Part shown: positions 30,903 through 41,145 of the stretch, in pieces
How the letters are laid out: every line of letters begins with the position of its first letter
Numbering within the stretch: position 1 is the first letter of the stretch
Assembly: GCA_963823335.1 (NCBI GenBank)
Contig: CAWGLD010000001.1
Span: 768,001 to 832,000 of the forward strand
Origin: an uncultured delta proteobacterium
GTDB taxonomy: Bacteria; Desulfobacterota; Desulfobacteria; Desulfobacterales; B30-G6
DNA length: 64,000 nt
Direction: 5' to 3'
Program-made: the position numbers and the translations under genes
The notes under the pieces: generated by a model
The model's input: the letters and a program-made list of their open reading frames with translations, nothing else
Told to the model about the DNA's origin: nothing
The model's database searches: none

Positions 30903-31922
30903 TTACAGGATCCTGAAAGCATCCGTCATATAAGGGACAATCTCATCGTCGGTTTTCCGAACGATGACAAACCCCTCCACATCTTTCAGGGAACGGATCA
31001 ATGCCATTCCCTGCTCGAGCCCCATCACCATGATTGCCGTTGCCAGACCGTCCGCAAACATACAGCTATCCGCTACGATGGAAACACTTACGACAGCATT
31101 GTTTACGGGATAGCCGGTTCTTGGGTCTATGATGTGAGAAAAGCGCTTGCCGCCGGTTTCGAAATAATTTCGATAGTCTCCACTGGTGGCCATGGCACGA
31201 TTGTGAAGGGGTACCACCTGGTAAACGTCGGTGGTTGAGGCGGTTGTGGATGGCCGGTTGATCCCCACGCGCCACGGTTGTCCATCTTTTCGGTATCCCG
31301 CGGCAAACACTTCCCCACCGATTTCCACCAGAAAGTGTTTTATTCCTGATGCTTGTAGCAGGTCAGAAATCTGGTCAACGGCGTATCCTTTGGCGATACT
31401 TGCCAGGTCAAGCGTGATGGTGCTTCTCTTTTTTTGAAGATATCCTTCCGGAAAGATGTCGATGTGCTGAAATCCAATCCAGCGCATCTGTTTTTCGATT
31501 TCGGATTCATCCGGCACCTGGTGCGCCTGCCGGGTATTGCCAAAACCCCAGAGATTGACCAGCGGCTTGATTGTGCCATCCCAGGCACCACCGGTTTTCT
31601 CGTATATGTCTCTGGCCGCCAGCATGACCTGAAGAAAGTCATCCGACACGGCCAGTCTTTCCCGCGTGTCCTGGATGGCATTGAACCGGCTGATTTCACT
31701 GTCCGGAAGATACGTGGACATGCTCTGGTTGATGGCCTGCAGCCGCTTGTCGATCTTGTCTTTTAATCCGGACATGCTTTTGAAATATCCGGTGATGAGT
31801 TTGACCTGATAGGTCGTGCCCATGGTGGTGCCGTCAAAAACCACTTCCTTCTGTCCGCCACAGGCGGACAAAAAGAGCAGCGATAGGATGCATGGGATGA
31901 TTTTTCTCACTATTGGATTCAT
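30903..31922 (-). CDS. apbE: FAD:protein FMN transferase ApbE (lipoprotein)
   Basis: Lipobox LSAC, TMGTTY, DLASIAKGYAVD, ATSGDYRN, HIIDPRTG, ADGLATA. Confidence 0.95.
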   Translation of the reverse strand: MNPIVRKIIPCILSLLFLSACGGQKEVVFDGTTMGTTYQVKLITGYFKSMSGLKDKIDKRLQAINQSMSTYLPDSEISRFNAIQDTRERLAVSDDFLQVMLAARDIYEKTGGAWDGTIKPLVNLWGFGNTRQAHQVPDESEIEKQMRWIGFQHIDIFPEGYLQKKRSTITLDLASIAKGYAVDQISDLLQASGIKHFLVEIGGEVFAAGYRKDGQPWRVGINRPSTTASTTDVYQVVPLHNRAMATSGDYRNYFETGGKRFSHIIDPRTGYPVNNAVVSVSIVADSCMFADGLATAIMVMGLEQGMALIRSLKDVEGFVIVRKTDDEIVPYMTDAFRIL

Positions 31923-32016
31923 AATTGTTCTATGGAGCTGTAAGCGATAAGCTGTAAGCCTTAAGCAGCTAACTGCTTAGAGCTTACAGCTTAATGCTTA
32001 TGTGAGAGCTTTCAAT

Positions 32017-32162
32017 TAGAAGCTATCTAAAAAATAGGATTTTGGCCCAAGATCAAGGCGGCCCCGTATTTCAACCCGCAGGAATACTGTCGTATTTTGA
32101 GGAGTTGAAAAGCGGGACCAACACAGAGGTTGGGCCAAAAGACATTTTTTAGATGGCTTCTA
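32017..32162. mobile_element. ~146 bp TA-bounded MITE-like element, copy B
   Basis: TIR TAGAAGCTATCTAAAAAAT / ATTTTTTAGATGGCTTCTA; internal similarity to 11949-12095. Confidence 0.7.
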
Positions 32163-33170
32163 ACAGATGCGTGGGAGTTGTTCGCCTGTGAGCATATCCA
32201 CAATGCGTCTCCCGCCGATACGGGTCTGCATGAAGACCCGGCCGGGATTGTCTGAAATCACCTCTCCTATGATGCCGGCATCTCTGGCCACGGGGTCTTC
32301 CTTCATCACGGACAGAACCGCCTCGGCATCCCCGGGCGCCACAAAAGCCAGCAACTTTCCTTCGTTGGCAAGATAAAGCGGGTCAAGCCCCAACAGTTCG
32401 CACATGCCCCGCACCTCGGGTTTGACGGGAATGGTATCCTCGAAAATTTTGATCCCCACACCCGATGCTGCCGCAATTTCATTCAAGGAGGTTGCCACCC
32501 CCCCCCGGGTGGGATCCCGCAGCACGTGAATCCTGCGACTGGATTCAAACATGCGCCGGGTCAGATGATTCAATGGTGCCGTATCGCTTTTGACACTCAC
32601 ATCAAAGCTCAGGCCTTCCCGTTTTGCCAGAATCGTCACACCATGATCCGCAATGGTTCCGCTGAGAATGATGACATCGCCGGGTGTCGCATTTTTGCAG
32701 GCCACATCGACACCGTCACAGAGGACTCCCACACCGGACGTATTAATGAATATCTTGTCCACAGCACCCTTGGGAACCACCTTGGTGTCTCCGGTGACAA
32801 CGCTTACATCCGCTGCTTTTGCGGACAGACCCATCTGTCGCACAATGGCCTTCAAATCAGCGATGGGAAACCCCTCTTCAAGAATCAACCCGACGCTCAA
32901 ATAGCGTGGTGAGGCCCCGCACATGGCAATATCATTGACAGTCCCGTTGATGGCCAGATCCCCGATGTTTCCACCCGGGAAAAAAATGGGGTCCACGGTA
33001 TATGTGTCCGTTGAAAAAGCCAGTCGTTGACTTCCGGCTTCAAAAATCGCCCCGTCATCCAGGCCTGCCAGCAAGGGGCTGTCAAAAACGGGTAGCAGAA
33101 TATCCATGGTCAATTGATGCGACATCCTGCCGCCGGCACCGTGGTCGAGTAGTATTTTGTCGTTTTTCAT
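32160..33170 (-). CDS. hypE: Hydrogenase maturation protein HypE
   Basis: HGAGG, GTVNDIAMCGA, TGDTKVV, RDPTRGG, C-terminal PRIC. Confidence 0.95.
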   Translation of the reverse strand: MKNDKILLDHGAGGRMSHQLTMDILLPVFDSPLLAGLDDGAIFEAGSQRLAFSTDTYTVDPIFFPGGNIGDLAINGTVNDIAMCGASPRYLSVGLILEEGFPIADLKAIVRQMGLSAKAADVSVVTGDTKVVPKGAVDKIFINTSGVGVLCDGVDVACKNATPGDVIILSGTIADHGVTILAKREGLSFDVSVKSDTAPLNHLTRRMFESSRRIHVLRDPTRGGVATSLNEIAAASGVGIKIFEDTIPVKPEVRGMCELLGLDPLYLANEGKLLAFVAPGDAEAVLSVMKEDPVARDAGIIGEVISDNPGRVFMQTRIGGRRIVDMLTGEQLPRIC

Positions 33171-33408
33171 GTGTTTTGTGTTTGGCATTTCGTGTTTGGT
33201 GTTTTGGGTTTGGTGTTTGGTTTTAGGTGTTAAGTGTTGAGTGTTAGTGCCTTAACTGAAAAATTTTATATATTTTATGTCAAGAAAAAGAAACCACGAA
33301 AATTTTCGTGGTTCCGTGTTTTCGTGATAAATGCTTTTTCCCTTTCCGGTTTGCCCGGCTTGCTCTGTAAGAATCAGCTACGGACTAAGAGCTACCAGCT
33401 ACATGTGT

Positions 33409-34497
33409 TCACTCGTGGTACCTGTAGTACGCGGCACAGGTCCCCTCGCTGGACACCATGCAGGGGCCCACCGGATCCATGGGCGTACAGCGCGTTTTGT
33501 ACAGCGGGCATTCGAATGGCTTTTTAATACCGGTAAGGATGTCTCCGCAGGCGCATCCTTTGGGGTCTTCAGAAGCAGGCACGTCAATTGAAAATCGCTT
33601 TTCCGCATCAAAGACCCCGAGGTCCGGGTTGATTTTCAAGCCGCTTGCGGGGATGACCCCGATGCCGCGCCAGGCAACATCCCTTATTTCAAAAGTATCC
33701 TGCAGCAGTCTCTGGGCGGTGGGGTTGCCTTTGTCGGTCACGGCTCTGCCATAAGCATTGGCCAGTTCCGGGGATTCTGTTTCAATTTGCAGCACCAGCA
33801 GATAAATTGCCTGCAGGATATCTGCCGGCTCGAATCCTGCGATGACACAGGGTGTCTGAAATCGATCAAAAAAAGGTTGATACGCATCTCGGCCGGTGAT
33901 CACGGACACGTGACCGGGCAGAATAAAACCGTTGACCCGGACATTTTCCATGGACATCAAGGCGTGGAGTGCCGGTGGAACCGTTTTGTGGGCCGAGAAC
34001 ACACTAAAATTATCCAACTGCATCTGTTTGGCTGTCTGGATGGCTGCAGCAATGGTGGGTGCCGTGGTCTCAAATCCAACCCCCAGGAAAACAATTTTCT
34101 TTTCCGGATACTTTACAGCAAGCTCAATGGCATCCATGGTGGAGTATACCACCCGAATGTCACAGCCCTCGGCTTTTTCTTTCTGCAGAGATGTCTCGGT
34201 ACCCGGAACACGCATGAGGTCCCCAAACGTCGTGAGGATTACGTTCTCGAACCGGGCCAGCGCGATGAACGCATCGATCTCTTTCTGGTCGGTAACACAC
34301 ACCGGACATCCCGGCCCTGAAAGAAGGGATATGGTGTCAGGCAGCAGGGAACGGATGCCGCTTCTGAAGATGGAAACTGTATGGGTCCCGCACACCTCCA
34401 TCAGGCGGACCTTGCGGGTACTTCTATCCCGAATTTTTTCCACAAGACCCCGGGAAATATCCGCATCCCGGTATTCTTCCATGTATTTTATTGTCAT
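33409..34497 (-). CDS. hypD: Hydrogenase maturation protein HypD
   Basis: MEVCGTHT, GPGCPVC, GFETT, PGHVS, CMVSSEGTC. Confidence 0.95.
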   Translation of the reverse strand: MTIKYMEEYRDADISRGLVEKIRDRSTRKVRLMEVCGTHTVSIFRSGIRSLLPDTISLLSGPGCPVCVTDQKEIDAFIALARFENVILTTFGDLMRVPGTETSLQKEKAEGCDIRVVYSTMDAIELAVKYPEKKIVFLGVGFETTAPTIAAAIQTAKQMQLDNFSVFSAHKTVPPALHALMSMENVRVNGFILPGHVSVITGRDAYQPFFDRFQTPCVIAGFEPADILQAIYLLVLQIETESPELANAYGRAVTDKGNPTAQRLLQDTFEIRDVAWRGIGVIPASGLKINPDLGVFDAEKRFSIDVPASEDPKGCACGDILTGIKKPFECPLYKTRCTPMDPVGPCMVSSEGTCAAYYRYHE

Positions 34498-34782
34498 GTC
34501 TTTTCTCCAGCAATAAAATCGTTTGCACGAGTTTATTTGACGCGACGTTGTCGCTATTTATTAAAAATCGGACCTAAATACCAAATAAAGGTAAGGCACT
34601 AAGGCTGATGGGTGATCCCTGAGCGGCTGTGAAACTGTCTGAGTTCTTTAGTGACTGTTATGCCGGACTTGATAATCCTGCCCCGGTAAGTAGCTAGCCG
34701 GGGGCATCCAGTGTTTTTAATGACAACCTGCGGCTTTTTAAGCGCTCGTTTTTCACGGTCGCATGTTGATTGTCCCTCGACC

Positions 34783-37077
34783 TCACCCGGCGTGCCGGGC
34801 AATGGCATCTGCAATCACGGCCTGCCCCAGGGCAATGCCGCCATCGTTGGCCGGTACCCTTTCATGGGTCAACACGTGAAAGCCCCTGTCACGAAGACGT
34901 TTTGTCAGGCCCGAAAGAAGAATGGCATTTTGAAAACAGCCGCCACTTAGGGCTACCCGGGACAGACCGCTTTCCTTTCTGATAACCTGGCACAGATCCG
35001 TGAACATCGCCATGAGTGTGATATGAAACTTGCCACTGACAATCGAAAGACTGACACCTTTCTCAATATCCTTGACAACACCGCTGATGATAGGATGTGG
35101 ATCGATCTGTAGCGTGTCCTCTGATGACCATGCGTATTCGTAGAGATCGGTGGTCGACGTTTCCGCCAGCATTTCGAGCTCCATGGCGGCCTGCCCCTCG
35201 AAGGCCACCTGGCTCCGTATGCCGACCATGGCGGCAATACCATCGAAAAAACGCCCCAGACTCGATGTTCCGGGAGCGTTGACGCCTTTTTCGATCATCG
35301 CGACAATGATGTTGAGCTTGTTTTGATCCAATTTTTCCAGGAAGGGCAGACGTCGATTAAAAAGATCTTTTCCGTAGACACCGTAAAGATAACTGACGGC
35401 CATCCGCCAGGGTTCTTTTATGGCCGCTGCCCCCCCCGGCATGGGGGTGCAGGCGAGATGGGCCACTCTTTCAAACCTGTCGAGCCGGGCAATCAGAACC
35501 TCCCCCCCCCAGATGCTGCCATCGTTTCCATACCCGGTTCCATCGAAGGCGAGACCGATGACCGGTTCCTCAACATGATTTTCGGCCATACAGCTTACGA
35601 TATGAGCATGATGATGTTGAATCTCAATCCGCATCACGCGTTTCTGTTCCAAGGCATACCGGGTACTCAGATAATCCGGGTGCATGTCGTGAGCGATAAT
35701 TTCCGGTTCGATGGACAATATCCGCTTCAGATGAGCGATGGTCATTTCAAAAAATTCATAGGTGGACAGGTTTTCAAGATCGCCGATATGCTGGCTTAAA
35801 AAAGCATGCTCCTCTCTGGTAAGGCAGACCGTGTTTTTCAGCTCTGCACCACAGGCAAGAATCGGCTTCACACGGTTTTTCAAAAAAATGGGGACCGGGA
35901 CATACCCCCTGGAACGTCTTAAAAATCGCGCCTTGTCGTCCACGACCCTGAGAACCGAATCATCACTTCTAAGATAGATATCCCGATCGTGTATCAGAAA
36001 ATAGTCGGCAATATCCCGGAGACGATCAAAGGCATCTGTATTGTCGATAGCAATCGGCTCTTCACTCAGATTGCCACTGGTCATGACAAGGGCTGTAAAA
36101 TTGTCTTTCACCAGCAGATAATGAAGAGGGGTATAGGGCAGCATGACCCCCACGGTGCAATTTTTCGGAGAAACACCCCCGGCCAGGGCATACTCATTCT
36201 TTTTCTCCAGCAGTACGATGGGACGCTGCCGGGATTGCAGCAAGGTTTCCTCTTCCTGACCAACCCGTGCAAACTGTTGGATGCTCTCGATATCCCCGGA
36301 CATGACAGCCAGGGGTTTTTCTTCGCGATGTTTTCGTTGTCTCAGGGTTGCCACCGACGCTTCATTTTCTGCATCCACCACCAGGTGAAAACCACCCAGT
36401 CCTTTTACGGCCACGACATGTCCGGCCTTTAAGAGGGAAATGGTCGTTTCTATGGCATTTCCGGTTTCAACCCGTTTTTTCTCACGATCATGGAGAAGCA
36501 CCTGGGGCCCGCAGACAGGGCAGGCATTGGGCTGGGCATGAAACCGGCGGTTGAACGGATCGTCATATTCGGTCTGGCATTCCCGGCACATCCGGAAATG
36601 TCGCATGGAGGTCTTGGGGCGGTCATAGGGGATATCATCGATGATGGTATATCGCGGACCACAGTTGGTACAGTTTATAAACGGGTACCCATGTCGGCGA
36701 TCATCAGGATCGAAAAGTTCGTCTTTACAGTCTTTACAGATGGATACATCTGGTGAAATCAAGGTAAACCGCTGGGCATCTTTCCGGCTTTGGCTGATGG
36801 AAAAATCATCACAGCCCGTCGGGGCCAGGGACTCGACATCCACCTGGGTAATGTGGGCCAGGGGAGGGCTTTGGGTGGTCAGGCGTTGTAAAAAGGATTC
36901 GATGCCATCGAGAGGACCTTCCAGAGTGATGGTAACCCCGTTGGACGTATTGGCCACCTGGCCTTTCAGCTTCAGTGTCGTTGCCAGCTGATATACAAAG
37001 GGTCTGAATCCGACACCCTGAACAATTCCCTTGACGTTGAGCCTTCTTGCTTCTTTGGCCGAACGCTCCTGTTGCAT
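34783..37077 (-). CDS. hypF: Carbamoyltransferase HypF (start uncertain, 37077 or 37119)
   Basis: GIVQGVGFRP acylphosphatase domain, two zinc fingers, KGLGGFHL, QHHHAH, NDGGIALGQ. Confidence 0.95.
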   Translation of the reverse strand: MQQERSAKEARRLNVKGIVQGVGFRPFVYQLATTLKLKGQVANTSNGVTITLEGPLDGIESFLQRLTTQSPPLAHITQVDVESLAPTGCDDFSISQSRKDAQRFTLISPDVSICKDCKDELFDPDDRRHGYPFINCTNCGPRYTIIDDIPYDRPKTSMRHFRMCRECQTEYDDPFNRRFHAQPNACPVCGPQVLLHDREKKRVETGNAIETTISLLKAGHVVAVKGLGGFHLVVDAENEASVATLRQRKHREEKPLAVMSGDIESIQQFARVGQEEETLLQSRQRPIVLLEKKNEYALAGGVSPKNCTVGVMLPYTPLHYLLVKDNFTALVMTSGNLSEEPIAIDNTDAFDRLRDIADYFLIHDRDIYLRSDDSVLRVVDDKARFLRRSRGYVPVPIFLKNRVKPILACGAELKNTVCLTREEHAFLSQHIGDLENLSTYEFFEMTIAHLKRILSIEPEIIAHDMHPDYLSTRYALEQKRVMRIEIQHHHAHIVSCMAENHVEEPVIGLAFDGTGYGNDGSIWGGEVLIARLDRFERVAHLACTPMPGGAAAIKEPWRMAVSYLYGVYGKDLFNRRLPFLEKLDQNKLNIIVAMIEKGVNAPGTSSLGRFFDGIAAMVGIRSQVAFEGQAAMELEMLAETSTTDLYEYAWSSEDTLQIDPHPIISGVVKDIEKGVSLSIVSGKFHITLMAMFTDLCQVIRKESGLSRVALSGGCFQNAILLSGLTKRLRDRGFHVLTHERVPANDGGIALGQAVIADAIARHAG

Positions 37078-37081
37078 GTTA

Positions 37082-37330
37082 TCAAGACTCGATATTTTCG
37101 TCACTGCTCTTTTCAGCAAAAGCAGCTGCTTCTTTCAATATTTTCAATGATTCCATGGCCGCCGCCTCATCGATTTTATGGAGGGCAAACCCGGCATGAA
37201 CGATCACGTAATCACCAACACCGGCATCCTCCAATAGCAGGAGACTTGTTTTTCTCTGAACACCATCCACATCGATGGTTGCCATGCCGTTGTCAATTTT
37301 GACGATTTTAGATGGGATTGCCAGACACAT
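37082..37330 (-). CDS. hypC: Hydrogenase chaperone HypC
   Basis: MCLAIP, GDYVIVHAGFA. Confidence 0.95.
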   Translation of the reverse strand: MCLAIPSKIVKIDNGMATIDVDGVQRKTSLLLLEDAGVGDYVIVHAGFALHKIDEAAAMESLKILKEAAAFAEKSSDENIES

Positions 37331-37823
37331 ACTTTTCTTTCCTCTTCTGATAAGGCGTATCGAGTCGATTCAGTTCGGACAGAACCATGTCGATCATGGG
37401 TGCAATTTTGGCCGCTGTCACCGGCGTCAACTCGATACTGAGGGTCTCGATATCGAGGGGCTCCACACCAACGATCACGGTTTCAGGAACCTTGTCCAGC
37501 GCCTGGCACAATGTCAGGGCTTCCAGGAAATCTACCTGGTGAATTGAGTTTTTGGCCCGGATACGGGCCGGTATCTGGTCACCGGACAAGCGGTACACGT
37601 CGCCCGGGTTGCCTTTGTTACGGATGACATCCACGACAATCAACTGGTCGGCCAGTGAGATGACCCCCAGCAGGTTGACGCCTAAAACGCCGCCGTCCAC
37701 AAGCGAAACATTGTCCGGAAAGGTATATGTTTCTTCAAGTTTTTCAATGACCCGGACGCCAAAACCTTCATCCGAAAACAGAAGACAGCCGACCCCCAGA
37801 ATCATGATATGCGGTGAATTCAA
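37308..37823 (-). CDS. Hydrogenase maturation endopeptidase (HyaD/HybD family)
   Basis: LGVGCLLFSDEGFGV, VDGG, SIHQ. Confidence 0.9.
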   Translation of the reverse strand: MNSPHIMILGVGCLLFSDEGFGVRVIEKLEETYTFPDNVSLVDGGVLGVNLLGVISLADQLIVVDVIRNKGNPGDVYRLSGDQIPARIRAKNSIHQVDFLEALTLCQALDKVPETVIVGVEPLDIETLSIELTPVTAAKIAPMIDMVLSELNRLDTPYQKRKEKYVSGNPI

Positions 37824-37966
37824 GCCAGATCCTTCCTACCTGTTCATTTTTTCGAGAATATCTCACCAGTCAAACCACACCCGCCCGTCAAAATGAGGTA
37901 CGCCGAATAGGATGCCCGAGACAGGGCATGTGTACTTTATCTGTGAGGCATTGTTTCGGGGAAATA

Positions 37967-37997
37967 TTCCGGCTTCCCCTGAACGGGGAAGCCGGAA
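37967..37997 (-). terminator. Strong hairpin after the hydrogenase large subunit gene
   Basis: TTCCGGCTTCCCC-TGAAC-GGGGAAGCCGGAA. Confidence 0.65.
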
Positions 37998-38009
37998 AGA
38001 TGATCTCGA

Positions 38010-39659
38010 TTATAATACCTTGATGTCATACACCTGGTTTGACTCAGGATCGATCACATGCACACCGCAGGCGATACAGGGGTCAAAGGAGTGTACGGTT
38101 CTCAATACTTCGAGCGGCCTTGCCGGGTCTGCTATGGGTGTTCCAATGAGCGCTTCCTCAATTGGTCCCAATTTGCCTTTTTCGTCTCGAGGTCCAAGGT
38201 TCCATGTGGACGGCACGACGTACTGATAGTTCTTGATTTTCTTGTCTTCGATCTCAATCCAGTGTCCCAGGGATCCCCTGGGAACATCGTTGAGCCCGAC
38301 GCCGCGACCGGAATTCGGCATTTCCCACGGCTGGTAGGTCTTGGTGTCACCCGCTTTCAGGTTTTCCACCAGTTCCATGACCCAGCCCGGCATGGCCTGG
38401 CCGATGGCGACCGTCTCAAGACCTCTGGCCGCCGTTCTACCCAGGGTGGAAAAAAGGGCCTGGACCGGGACACCCAGTTTCTGCAGGGTGCTGTCCACGA
38501 GGGCCTGGATCTCCTTTTTGCCGGCGCCATAGGCCACAAGAACCCTTGCCAGAGGACCGACTTCACAGGGTTCCCCTTCATACCTGGGGGCCTTGAACCA
38601 GGAGTACTTGCCACCACCGGGTCGATATTGCGGATCTTCCTGCAAGGGCTTTGTTTCACCCGAATAGGGATGCAGAGGCGCCCCCTCTTCGTACCACGCC
38701 CGTGCAACATGCTCGGTCACCTTGTCCTGAGATGCCATCGTCATACCACCCAGATTACGATTCATGATGACACCCCTGGGCATGAACAGGCTTTGCGGCT
38801 CGTCGTCACCCATAGGAAACTCACCCCAGGCCATGAAGTTTTTACAGCCACCAATGGCCCCCCAGTCCTTGTAAAAAGATGCCACAGCCAGCAGATCCGG
38901 GATATAGACATTCTCGATAAAGGACTGCGTTTCCTTGGTGATATACAGAAATTCCGCTATGCGGTCAGGCGTCAGGTCTTTGACAGAGGTTACGCCACCC
39001 ACCACGAGGGACTGCAGATGGGGATTCTTGGCGCCGAAAATGGCGTGCATCCTGGCCGCTTTGGCCTGGAGCCGCAAGGCTTCGATATAATGCGCCGCCG
39101 CCATCAGGTTGGCTTCCGGCGGCAGAACATACGCTGGATGACCCCAGTACGCATTGGTGAACGGTCCCAGCTGACCGCTGTCGACAAATGTCTGCAGCCG
39201 CTGCTGAACATTTCTGAAGTAATTGGCCCCGCCCCAGGGGGCGTTGCTGACATTGTCGGATAGCGTTGCAGTGGCTTTTGGATCGGCTTTCAAGGCCGAT
39301 ACGATGTCGACCCAGTCCAGTGCATGCAGATGATAGAAGTGCACAATGTGATCGTGCTGGAATTGTGCGCCATGCAGCAGGTTTCTGATAAGTCGTGCAT
39401 TTTTCGGTATCTTTACGCCAACGGCGTCTTCGACTGCCCTCACCGAGGACAAGGCATGTGTGTACGTTCAGACCCCGCACGAACGTTGAACAAAATGGTG
39501 AGCATCCCTTGGGTCCCGTCCCTGGAGAATCAATTCGATGCCCCTGAACATCTGGCCGGAGCTCCAGGCGTTTACGACCTTACCACCTTCAACCTCAACC
39601 TCGATACGAAGGTGGCCTTCTATTCTTGTAATCGGATCTATCGTTATTCTCTTGCCCAT
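38010..39659 (-). CDS. Periplasmic [NiFe]-hydrogenase large subunit (group 1b-like), 549 aa, in-frame TGA at codon 64 (probable selenocysteine)
   Basis: ORFs 39468-39659 and 38010-39452 are in the same frame; [21 protein letters not shown]1 motif, [20 protein letters not shown]2 motif plus 15-aa cleavable tail. Confidence 0.93.
39435..39451 (-). promoter_or_regulatory. Putative bacterial SECIS hairpin
   Basis: mRNA UGUCCUC-GGU-GAGGGCA; the loop begins 23 nt after the in-frame UGA. Confidence 0.65.
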
Positions 39660-39710
39660 ATGTTTCCTCCCTCTCTCTTAAAAAGGATAATTTGCATCAT
39701 TCGTGTTCAA

Positions 39711-40661
39711 TTACATTTCCTCATAAAACGGGCTCATGGTATCCCAGAAATCCGGTTCACTGCATCCGATGCAGGGATGACCGGCTTCGATGGGCCAGCT
39801 CGTACCATCGTTGAATTTGACAATGGGACAGTTGTTGTAGGTCTCGGGTCCTCTGCAGCCAAGTTTGTAAAGACAGTAACCCAGGGCCGCCTCTTCGGAT
39901 CCGAACTCTTCAACAAACTCATCATTTTCAAAATGAGATCTTCTGGGGCATTGATCATGAATGGTCTTTCCATAGGCAAAGAGGGGCCGGCCAAGATCGT
40001 CCAGCGCAGGAAGCTTGCCCAGCAGGAGATAATTCACAACCGTTCCAACAAAATTAATCGGGTTGGGTGGACATCCGGGAATATTCAGGGTTTTTATTCC
40101 AAGGGCAGCTCCGACACCTTTGTATCCACCAGGATTTGGTTTGGCTGCCTGAACACCGCCATAGGCGGCGCAGGTTCCCAGGGCTATAGTAGCGGCAGCC
40201 TTGGGTACGATGTCCTTGGCAATTTCCAGAAACGTCCTTCCGGCCACTTTTCCATAACCACCATTGAACTTGGTTGCGACCCCGCCTTCAACCACGCAGA
40301 TGAATTTCCCCTCATACTTCTTCACAGCAGCATGGAGTGCCTCCTCAGCCTGGTGCCCGGCTGCGGCCATGATGGTCTCGTGATATTCAACCGAAAGCAC
40401 TTCGAGAACAAGTTCATCGATAAACGGATAGATGGAACGCAAGATGGCTTCAGAACATCCCGTACATTCTGCGAAATGAAGCCACACCACAGGCGGTCTC
40501 TGGGAGGGCGCAGCAAAGACATCCGCAACCCTGGGAACGAAAGATGAAGAAAGTCCCATGCTCGCAGTCAGGAATGTACAGTACTTCATAAAGTCTCTTC
40601 GTGAGACCCCCTTTTTCTCCAGTCTTTCGTAAAACTCTCTCTTTTCCTTGTCCATTGGCAC
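39711..40661 (-). CDS. [NiFe]-hydrogenase small subunit with Tat signal
   Basis: SRRDFMK Tat motif, [32 protein letters not shown] (Pro at the medial site implies [3Fe-4S]). Confidence 0.95.
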   Translation of the reverse strand: MPMDKEKREFYERLEKKGVSRRDFMKYCTFLTASMGLSSSFVPRVADVFAAPSQRPPVVWLHFAECTGCSEAILRSIYPFIDELVLEVLSVEYHETIMAAAGHQAEEALHAAVKKYEGKFICVVEGGVATKFNGGYGKVAGRTFLEIAKDIVPKAAATIALGTCAAYGGVQAAKPNPGGYKGVGAALGIKTLNIPGCPPNPINFVGTVVNYLLLGKLPALDDLGRPLFAYGKTIHDQCPRRSHFENDEFVEEFGSEEAALGYCLYKLGCRGPETYNNCPIVKFNDGTSWPIEAGHPCIGCSEPDFWDTMSPFYEEM

Positions 40662-41006
40662 CTCCTGATGCTGTTGATGTTAATTATTTTGAGACGTTCT
40701 TCGGGAAGTCTGATTTATTCCGGCAGGTATCCGTGGGTTCTTACGGCAATTTGGAACTTGTGTCAAGGCAAAAGCCGTCCCGAATGGCAAGTGTGGCGCC
40801 GGTCCGCAACGTTCCCGCATCAATTGCATGAGCAGCGCAGGCCCTATTTACAATACGAAGGATTGCTGCAAATTTTTATAGCGATTGAAACTGGTGCCCA
40901 GCACAGGATTTGGGCCAAAAGACATTTTTGAGTTGGCTTCTATAAACAGTAAACATTGGGGGCGCTTGCTTCCAGGAGAAATGCTTGACGACTGGGCTTT
41001 GGGTTA

Positions 41007-41057
41007 TTGAAGAACCTCGCAGCATGCCACGAGGAATGCTCTCGCTTTTTCGGTTCA
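41007..41057 (+). repeat. TTGAAG...CGGTTCA modular repeat, copy 4
   Basis: TTGAAGAACCTCGCAGCATGCCACGAGGAATGCTCTCGCTTTTTCGGTTCA. Confidence 0.75.
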
Positions 41058-41145
41058 AAGAGCGTTGGCAGTAGCGGAAAAGAAAAGACACGTGTTTTTA
41101 ACATTTGCCGCGTTGGGTGTGTTTTCAGACTGGTCCGCGTATGGG

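Noticed and set aside
39468-39659. Separate 63-aa gene plus a 480-aa gene
   Set aside because: The two ORFs are in frame and together form one contiguous large subunit; the break falls inside the L1 metal-binding motif.
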